The notes under the pieces were generated by a model. That model did no database searches. It was not told where the DNA came from and saw only the letters and a program-made list of their open reading frames with translations. Below, piece by piece: positions 57,353-64,000 of a stretch of 64,000 bases of DNA; the first letter of the stretch is position 1, and the number at the start of each line of letters is the position of its first letter. The DNA comes from Capsulimonadales bacterium (lineage in GTDB: Bacteria > Armatimonadota > Armatimonadia > Armatimonadales > Armatimonadaceae): NCBI GenBank assembly GCA_033762295.1, contig JANRLW010000126.1, forward strand, positions 12,660 through 76,659, written 5' to 3'. A program made the translations under genes and the position numbers.

Positions 57353-58906
57353 ATGAACCGAAGACTCTTTATCGCGGCGGCAACGGCGGCGCTTTTGCCG
57401 GTCGCCGCCTACTCGCAGGAAACGCCCGAAGCGAATTTCACGGTGGATGTCGTCAAAGGGCAGCCGATTTCGCCATATATCTATGGCCTGAACTTCCCGG
57501 AATGGAAAAAGATTCCTCTGAAGTTCCCGGTGGCGCGGCAGGGCGGTAATCGAATGACCGCGTACAACTGGGAGACCAACGCCAGCAACGCCGGTTCGGA
57601 CTGGCATCACCAGAATGACAGTTTCCTGGGCAGTTCGGACGAGCCCGGTCGCACCGTGCGTTCCTTTCTGGAGGACGCGCAGAGCCACGGCGCCGTCACC
57701 ATTCTGACCGTGCCGATGGCCGGGTATGTCGCTGCGGACAAGAAGGGCGACGGAGACGTCAATCAAACGCCGAACTACCTGAATGCCCGTTTCCATCGCT
57801 CGCTTCCGAAGAAATCCGGACCGAGGGTGTATCCGCCGAATACCGCCGATAACCGTGTCTATCAGGATGAGTTCGTCGCCTGGATCGAGAAGATTCGTAA
57901 TCCGCGCCTGTCTGTCTGGTATGCGCTGGATAACGAGCCGGATATCTGGGCGCACACGCACGCCCGTATCGTCGCCAAAACGCCCACCTACGCCGACTTC
58001 ATCGGTCGAAGCATCGAGTATGCCGCCGCGATCAAAGAGGTGGCTCCGAAGTCGGTCGTTCTCGGTCCGGTCAGTTACGGATGGCAGGGATTCCGTCGTT
58101 TCCAGGATGCGGCGGATGCCAACAATCGCGATTTCCTGAACGTGTACCTGGCAGCGATGAAGACCGCCGAAGCGAAGCACGGCAAGCGGCTTCTGGACCT
58201 GCTGGACGTGCATTTTTACCCGGAGGCGCGTGGGGACGATGTGCGCGTGACGGAGGACGCCGACAAACCGGGAACGCGAGCGGCCCGCATTCAGGCTCCC
58301 CGATCGCTCTGGGACCCGACGTATGTCGAGAACAGCTGGATCACGCAGTCCCTCGGCGGAAAACCGATCGCGCTGTTGCCGGGTCTGCAAAAGCAGATAA
58401 GCGACCACTACCCCGGCACCCGTCTCGCCATGACCGAGTACAACTACGGTGGGAGAACGGATATCAGCGGGACGATCGCTCAGGCGGATGTCCTGGGTAT
58501 TTTCGGACGTTACGGCATGTATGCCGCCTGTAACTGGGGGATGAGTCCGGATGCCACGGCGCAGATTGCCGCGTTCCGCGCCTTCCTCGATTACGACGGC
58601 AAAGGCGGGCGGTTCGGCGACGTCGGACTGAAGGTAACCGGCGAGACGCCTGCCGAGGATTCGCTGTACGCGGCGCGGGATTCCGCCCATCCGGATCGAA
58701 TGACGCTGGTGGCGATCAACAAAACGGAGAAGAGCCGGAAGTTCGTGGTACGACTGACGGGGTTTGTTCCGGGGGCGGCGACGGCGTTTGTGATAACCCG
58801 GGAGGCGATCGCCGCCTCGCAACCGGGGCAGGTCTCCGTCGCGAGCGGAACCGTGACACTGGAGGCGCCGCCGCTCAGCGTTACGACGGTCGCGGTCACC
58901 CGGTAA
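57353..58906 (+). CDS. Glycoside hydrolase family 44 (endoglucanase/xyloglucanase), Tat-like signal
   Basis: MNRRLF signal; ISPYIYG, RQGGNRMTAYNWETNASNAGSDW, LDNEP, LDVHFYPE, RSLWD, TEYNYGG. Confidence 0.9.
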   Translation: MNRRLFIAAATAALLPVAAYSQETPEANFTVDVVKGQPISPYIYGLNFPEWKKIPLKFPVARQGGNRMTAYNWETNASNAGSDWHHQNDSFLGSSDEPGRTVRSFLEDAQSHGAVTILTVPMAGYVAADKKGDGDVNQTPNYLNARFHRSLPKKSGPRVYPPNTADNRVYQDEFVAWIEKIRNPRLSVWYALDNEPDIWAHTHARIVAKTPTYADFIGRSIEYAAAIKEVAPKSVVLGPVSYGWQGFRRFQDAADANNRDFLNVYLAAMKTAEAKHGKRLLDLLDVHFYPEARGDDVRVTEDADKPGTRAARIQAPRSLWDPTYVENSWITQSLGGKPIALLPGLQKQISDHYPGTRLAMTEYNYGGRTDISGTIAQADVLGIFGRYGMYAACNWGMSPDATAQIAAFRAFLDYDGKGGRFGDVGLKVTGETPAEDSLYAARDSAHPDRMTLVAINKTEKSRKFVVRLTGFVPGAATAFVITREAIAASQPGQVSVASGTVTLEAPPLSVTTVAVTR

Positions 58907-58932
58907 CGGGCGGAGCGATACGGAGGTACCGA

Positions 58933-58978
58933 AGAGAAAACGGTCGGGGAGGGTTCATTCTTCCCGACCGTTTTCTCT
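58933..58978. terminator. Bidirectional terminator between convergent GH44 and pnp
   Basis: 16-bp perfect inverted repeat AGAGAAAACGGTCGGG / CCCGACCGTTTTCTCT. Confidence 0.85.
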
Positions 58979-58992
58979 CCGGAAAGGCCGAA

Positions 58993-61374
58993 TTAGCGTC
59001 GGGGCCGGAAACGCGCCTTCGGCAGGTCGTCACCTTCTTCCTCGGCAGGTTCGGGCGGAGCGGTGGCTTCGGTGGCCCGATCCGGGTCGCGCCCGTCCGG
59101 TCGATCTCCGCGACCCTGGGCCGGTCGCGGACCGCGATCGCCCCGGTCACCCCCCCGTCCGCCGCGATCTCCGCCGCGATCTCCACCCCGGTCACCCCGG
59201 TCACCCCCGCGCCCGCCGTTCCGGTCTCCGCCTCCGCGAGGACCACGATCGCCGCGCGGCGCGCGACCCGGTTCGGGGTTTTCGGGATCGAAGGTTTCTT
59301 CGAGTCCGCGGGCCGTCGCATTGATACGTCCCTGTCCGTCGATTTCGGTCACGCGAACGCGCAGGGTATCGCCGACTTTCAGGTTCTGGTCCGGACGGGA
59401 CGGCGGCGGATCGGACAACTGGGAAACGTGTACGAGCGCATCCTTGCCGGGAACGATTTCGACGAAAGCGCCGAACTGAAGGAACCGGGTAATCTTGCCC
59501 TCGAAGATATCGCCGGGGTTCGGGTTTTTCGTCATGCTCTCGATGATGCGTTTGGCGGCTTCCCCCTTATCGGCGTCGACGGCCGAAATGCGGACCGTAC
59601 CGTCCTGTTCGATGTCGATCTTGGTGCCGGTTTCGGCGGTGATCTTCTTGATGGTTTTTCCGCCCGGCCCGATCACGGTACCGATCTGCTCGGGATCGAT
59701 CTGGACGGTGATCATGCGGGGAGCGAAGCGGGAGACATCGTCGCGCGGTTCCGCCAGAACGGCGGTCATTTTGTCGAGAATAAACAGGCGGGCTTCGCGC
59801 GCCTGCTCAAAGGCTTCGACGAAGACGGGCCGGGGAATGCCCTGAATCTTGGTATCGAGCTGAAGGGCGGTAATCCCTTCGTGGGTTCCGGCCACCTTGA
59901 AGTCCATATCGCCGGAGAAGTCCTCCATGCCCTGAATATCGGTCAGAACGGCGAAGCGGTCGCCTTCGGTGATCAGTCCCATGGCGATACCGGCGACCGG
60001 GGCCTTGATCGGGACACCGGCATCCATGAGCGCCAGAGTGGAACCGCAGGTGGACGCCATCGACGTTGAACCGTTGGATTCAAGTACCTCGGAGGTCAGG
60101 AGGAGGGTATAGGGCCAGCGATCCTTGGTCGGCAGGACGGGGAGCAACGCCCTTTCGGCGAGGGCCCCGTGACCGACTTCCCGGCGTCCCGGACCGCGCA
60201 GGGGCCGCGCTTCGCCGACCGAATACGGCGGGAAGTTATAGAAGTGCATGTAGCGCTTCTCGCCTTCCTCCTCCAGCGAGTCGATCATCTGCGCATCGTC
60301 GCCGGAACCGAGGGTCAGAGTTGTCAGAACCTGGGTCTGTCCGCGTGTGAACAGTCCGGAACCATGGACACGGGGCAGGATTCCGACTTCGACGGAGATT
60401 TCCCGAATGTCTCTGTTGCTCCGACCGTCCGGGCGACGGTTTTCGGAAAGAATCAGGTCACGCAGCTGTTCCTTGACGACCTTGTCGGCGGTCTCCTTGA
60501 TGTCGGCGACGTTCTCCGGGAACTCGGGCGACAGTTTTCCGACGACCTGATTGATCAGGAGGGAGAGTCCGGCTTCGCGGGACGCCTTATCCGGGTCCTG
60601 CAGTCCGGAGCGCAGTTCGGCCGCGAACCGATCGCGAACCTGTCCGAGAATCTCCTCATTGTAGTGATGCAGGGACACTTCGGTTTTTTGCTTGCCGGCC
60701 AATTCGCGCAGTTTGTCCAGGGCCGCGCACTGTTCGCGGATGACGTCATGCGCGATATCGAACGCTTCGAGCATCCGGGTTTCGGAGATCTCGTTCGCGC
60801 CGGCCTCGACCATCAGAATGGCTTTCTCGGTGCCTGCGACGACGAGATCGAGTTGGGAGACGGTCATCTCGCTCTGGGTCGGATTGACAACGAATTCGCC
60901 TTCGATCAGGCCGACCCGGACGCAACCGATCGGTCCGGCCCACGGAATGTCGGAGAGATGAAGCGCGGCGGACGCGGCGAGAACGGCGTAGACATCGGGC
61001 AGGTAGTCCACTTCCACCGACAGCGGCATCGTGATGACCTGTACCTCGTTCCGCATGCCTTTATCGAACAGCGGGCGAAGCGGTCGGTCGATGAGGCGGG
61101 AAATCAGGGTTGCGCGGTCGCTGGGTTTGCCGCCTCGTTTCATGAATCCGCCGGGGATTTTTCCGACAGCGTATTTTCGTTCTTCGAAATCACAGGTCAA
61201 AGGAAAGAAATCGAGTTCGGGGCGAGCGTTGGCGCTCATGGTGGCGGTAGCGAGAATATGGGTATCGCCCGCCCGGATAACGACGGCTCCGCTTGCCTGT
61301 TTGGCAAGCTTTCCGGTTTCAATGGTAATGACCCGGTTGCCCGGCAACGAGATCTCAACGGATTGAACAGACAT
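58993..61374 (-). CDS. pnp: Polyribonucleotide nucleotidyltransferase
   Basis: FFPLTCD, RLIDRPLRPLF, FTRGQTQ, SNGSTSMAS, GDMDFKVAG, KH (IGPGGKTIK) and S1 domains. Confidence 0.98.
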   Translation of the reverse strand: MSVQSVEISLPGNRVITIETGKLAKQASGAVVIRAGDTHILATATMSANARPELDFFPLTCDFEERKYAVGKIPGGFMKRGGKPSDRATLISRLIDRPLRPLFDKGMRNEVQVITMPLSVEVDYLPDVYAVLAASAALHLSDIPWAGPIGCVRVGLIEGEFVVNPTQSEMTVSQLDLVVAGTEKAILMVEAGANEISETRMLEAFDIAHDVIREQCAALDKLRELAGKQKTEVSLHHYNEEILGQVRDRFAAELRSGLQDPDKASREAGLSLLINQVVGKLSPEFPENVADIKETADKVVKEQLRDLILSENRRPDGRSNRDIREISVEVGILPRVHGSGLFTRGQTQVLTTLTLGSGDDAQMIDSLEEEGEKRYMHFYNFPPYSVGEARPLRGPGRREVGHGALAERALLPVLPTKDRWPYTLLLTSEVLESNGSTSMASTCGSTLALMDAGVPIKAPVAGIAMGLITEGDRFAVLTDIQGMEDFSGDMDFKVAGTHEGITALQLDTKIQGIPRPVFVEAFEQAREARLFILDKMTAVLAEPRDDVSRFAPRMITVQIDPEQIGTVIGPGGKTIKKITAETGTKIDIEQDGTVRISAVDADKGEAAKRIIESMTKNPNPGDIFEGKITRFLQFGAFVEIVPGKDALVHVSQLSDPPPSRPDQNLKVGDTLRVRVTEIDGQGRINATARGLEETFDPENPEPGRAPRGDRGPRGGGDRNGGRGGDRGDRGGDRGGDRGGRGGDRGDRGPRPAQGRGDRPDGRDPDRATEATAPPEPAEEEGDDLPKARFRPRR

Positions 61375-61535
61375 GTTGGTTCTTCTTTACGCACGCAGAT
61401 TTCGGCATCAGACCGGGTTCGGTCGCCGAGTGTGAGTTGGAAAGGGCGATTCGCCGGGCGCGAGCGGATTCCGGAAATGCGGCGGGCGCGCCGCAGGGAG
61501 GTTTGCGGTGCGCCCGGTCGTGTTTCGCCTCCCGC

Positions 61536-61574
61536 AAAAAACGGAAAAGCCGGAGACGCAGATTGCGGTCCGGC
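61536..61574 (-). terminator. Intrinsic terminator/attenuator between rpsO and pnp
   Basis: Minus strand GCCGGA-C-CGCA-ATC-TGCG-TC-TCCGGC followed by TTTTCCGTTTTTT. Confidence 0.7.
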
Positions 61575-61581
61575 CGGATCG

Positions 61582-61857
61582 TTACAGGCGAGAGCGGATA
61601 CCCAATCGCGCCACCAGGGCGCGGTATCGTTCGATATCGATTTGGGAAAGATAGGACAGCATTCGTTTCCGTTTGCCGACCAGCATCATCAGTCCGCGTC
61701 GAGAGTGATGATCCTTCTTGTGCATTCGCAGGTGGTCGGTCAACTGGGCGATTCGAGCGGAGAGCAGAGCGATCTGTACCTCCGGCGAACCGGTGTCGGA
61801 TTCATGGGTTTTATAATCGGTAATGACCGAAACGGCTGTCTCTTTCGGAAGCGGCAT
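61582..61857 (-). CDS. rpsO: 30S ribosomal protein S15
   Basis: [30 protein letters not shown] 61857 with AGGAG upstream. Confidence 0.98.
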   Translation of the reverse strand: MPLPKETAVSVITDYKTHESDTGSPEVQIALLSARIAQLTDHLRMHKKDHHSRRGLMMLVGKRKRMLSYLSQIDIERYRALVARLGIRSRL

Positions 61858-61897
61858 GGGGTTCTTTAAGACTCCTGGGCTTTTCTGGGATTTTCCT

Positions 61898-62029
61898 GGC
61901 CTGCGCTTCCTCTCCCCGAAAGGAGAGCGCACGCCTGACGGCGAAACGGCTGGAACAAAAATAGCGCTCCGCTGCGGCGCGCAACGCGCTGAACAGGGGC
62001 GCTATCCGTTCCCGAAACCGTCGCAGTCA
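61898..62029 (-). promoter_or_regulatory. Structured rpsO 5' leader (candidate S15 autoregulatory RNA)
   Basis: A ~94-nt interrupted hairpin (61936-62029) and a second hairpin capped by UUCG (61902-61931) just upstream of the RBS; TTGACA at 62066-62061 upstream, with only a weak -10. Confidence 0.55.
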
Positions 62030-62362
62030 ACCCTAACTATGTATCATGCGGGAAGGCATCTGTCAACGACCGTTCTCCCGCTTGATTGCTCTAAAGTTCC
62101 GAATACCCTGAATTGTTACCAATGTATTGACATTCAACGTAACGAAATCGGAAACGGAACATGTCAGAAACGTTCTCCATGAGCATTTCATAAGCGTCGG
62201 AGGTAACATCCGAAAGCCAGGGCCATTGAGACGACAACAACTGCATATACACGCGAAAAGTTCGGACCGCCCTGACAGCAGGCGAACAATCAATCTTCCC
62301 AGAAGGAAATCTCCCGACCGGTCCGTTCCGTCGGGAGATCGAACGCACTTCCGATCCCTTGC

Positions 62363-63529
62363 CTAATACATCAGAAGCGTATCGATGTAGAAATAGTTCG
62401 GATTGCTCCGGCCACTGATCGCCCGGTTCCATTCCAGGACGATTCTTCCCCGGTTCGGAATCCGCTGTGACAGACCGAACGCCATTCCACGAGTGCGCTC
62501 GGTCGCGTTCCGCAAGTTGTCCAGGCTGTCGTAACGGACAAAGGACGTCGTCTCCGCCAGAAGGTTGCGGGAGTAGGTGACGAAGGCTCCGGTCGGTCGT
62601 TCGATCGGCAGACCGCTGCCCGGTCGTCCGGACGCTTCCAGCAACGCGCCACTCAATGATTCGTAGGAGCGTACCCAGCGCGCCAGGATTCCGGTCCTTC
62701 GGAAGGACGCCCCGCCGCCCTTCTGCCATCCGGATTCGGCGTACAGGTCGATCCCGCTGCCGAAGGCATCCCATTCCTTTTCCAGGGTAACGAACGATCC
62801 GTAGTCGTCCGGCGTGCGGAACGAATCGTCGTTGCTGCCGCCGTCGGTCACTCCGCCTTCGAAACGAAGCCCGTTACCCAGGTCGGCTCCACCGGAGATG
62901 CCCAGAGTGCGACGCTGGGCCGCCGGAATGAAACCGCCCAGTTTTTCGCTCAGGGCGCGCGGGCGGCTCAGATTTTCCCGCCCGCCCACGCCGGCCGCAT
63001 AGATGGCGAACGGGTACTGCCGACCCGCCCGCACCCACCAGAAACGGTCGGCGGTGGCGTTCCCGGTGTATTGCAGATAGGCGTCGTTGAAACGGGCCGG
63101 GGAAGGACCGGAGGCGGTTCGAATATACCCGCCGTATTCGGTGAAGAAACTGAGCGACGAGTTGATCGGGCCGCCGGCGAACAGACTGGCGTTCTCGAGG
63201 GTGGTATTCCCGTCGGAATGTTCGGTCGCGTTCTGTCGGAAGCGAGCCGCAAGGGTCAGGTAACCGTCCAACTGGGCGAACCGGGTCAGTTTCATGTCCG
63301 GTTTCATCCGGTGGCCCCGCATCTGGAAATCCCGACCGTAGGCCGTCAACTTGCTGGTTCCACCGACATGGCAGGAGAGGCAGGGCATCCCGGTCATACG
63401 AGCCCAGGACGGTACGGCGAACACCCGGTTCGGGAACATCGTCACGATGGCAAAAACGGCAAAGAACACAAAATGGAAACGGAAAACGGCCCGCCCGCCG
63501 GTTTTCGGGGGACGCACAGGAATTACCAT
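62363..63529 (-). CDS. Cyc2-like monoheme cytochrome c fused to an outer-membrane beta-barrel
   Basis: Signal peptide ending VFA; VPSWARMTGMPCLSCH...KLTAYGRDFQMRG; alternating beta-strand pattern; C-terminal aromatic residue (LLMY). Start codon uncertain. Confidence 0.75.
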   Translation of the reverse strand: MVIPVRPPKTGGRAVFRFHFVFFAVFAIVTMFPNRVFAVPSWARMTGMPCLSCHVGGTSKLTAYGRDFQMRGHRMKPDMKLTRFAQLDGYLTLAARFRQNATEHSDGNTTLENASLFAGGPINSSLSFFTEYGGYIRTASGPSPARFNDAYLQYTGNATADRFWWVRAGRQYPFAIYAAGVGGRENLSRPRALSEKLGGFIPAAQRRTLGISGGADLGNGLRFEGGVTDGGSNDDSFRTPDDYGSFVTLEKEWDAFGSGIDLYAESGWQKGGGASFRRTGILARWVRSYESLSGALLEASGRPGSGLPIERPTGAFVTYSRNLLAETTSFVRYDSLDNLRNATERTRGMAFGLSQRIPNRGRIVLEWNRAISGRSNPNYFYIDTLLMY

Positions 63530-63828
63530 CCGGAAACTACCATCCTTCTCGCATCCTGCCTTCCGCACGGTTTTCGGCGGACGCGGTATTAACCCGTCGG
63601 TGGAGCGGGAACATTCCTCTCCTGAACCGATTATCGGCAGAACGTCTACCGGAATGCGAACGGAATTCCCTGTACTTTTATTGGTATTTCTGTTTGTTGA
63701 GATGAATTCTTCAACCATGCGAATCAAATCCCGCACCTCCCTTCGCACCTCCCGGGACGTCGTTCGTTACACCGAAATCGGCTTTGACGCACGGGAAGTT
63801 GGTTTGATGCGGGAAACGATTTGCATGG

Positions 63829-64000
63829 TCAAAGATCGTTTTGCGGTGGCCGAATCGGACGGATCGGTTGCAAAATCCGCCTCCGTTCGGGTGTCAGGCG
63901 TGACAGAAGCGCTTCGGAATACTCATATCCGAACCGTGTCGCCCCCCAGAGCGGACCGTACCGATAGATGGTGATCCGCCGTTCGCCCGGATTGGTGCGC
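63829..64000 (-). CDS. Possible 3' end of a gene entering from the right edge
   Basis: Open frame RTNPGERRITIYRYGPLWGATRFGYEYSEALL...PPQNDL* with no upstream stop in the window; too short to identify. Confidence 0.3.
   Translation of the reverse strand, partial: RTNPGERRITIYRYGPLWGATRFGYEYSEALLSRLTPERRRILQPIRPIRPPQNDL

Noticed and set aside
62063..62366. Short ORFs in the AT-richer gap between rpsO and the cytochrome-porin gene
   Set aside because: No RBS, motif or consistent coding signal; treated as intergenic.
63530..63748. N-terminal extension of the 461-aa ORF
   Set aside because: Would place the signal peptide ~85 residues from the start; AT-rich and promoter-like.
1..64000. tRNA, rRNA, transposase, integrase, prophage or defence genes
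   Set aside because: No recognisable motifs on either strand.

Overview
GC-rich bacterial chromosomal window. Gene content and protein style suggest Armatimonadota, which is an inference only. The left 14.5 kb is a compact minus-strand hybrid NRPS/PKS cluster: A-PCP; KS-AT-ACP-aminotransferase-C-A(Gly)-PCP; C-PCP-TE with no A domain; an alpha/beta hydrolase; and an Sfp-type PPTase that the ORF track missed because it runs off the edge. Next come rbfA-nrnA-truB-ribF and a TetR-controlled efflux unit whose RND pump is fused to a TolC-like protein through what looks like an internal signal peptide. An HDAC/YaeQ divergent pair precedes three large exported proteins. Two of these are lipoproteins whose shared N-terminal domain, Arg motif and C-terminal strand resemble donor-strand (type V pilus-like) assembly. 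The rest holds mnmA, an AI-2E transporter carrying a circularly permuted FN3-like insert, hldD, a SpoIVB/S55 multidomain protease, icd, a GH44 enzyme, rpsO-pnp with a highly structured rpsO leader, and a Cyc2-like cytochrome-porin fusion. No tRNA, rRNA, CRISPR array or mobile element was seen. All calls come from reading motifs by eye; no searches were run.
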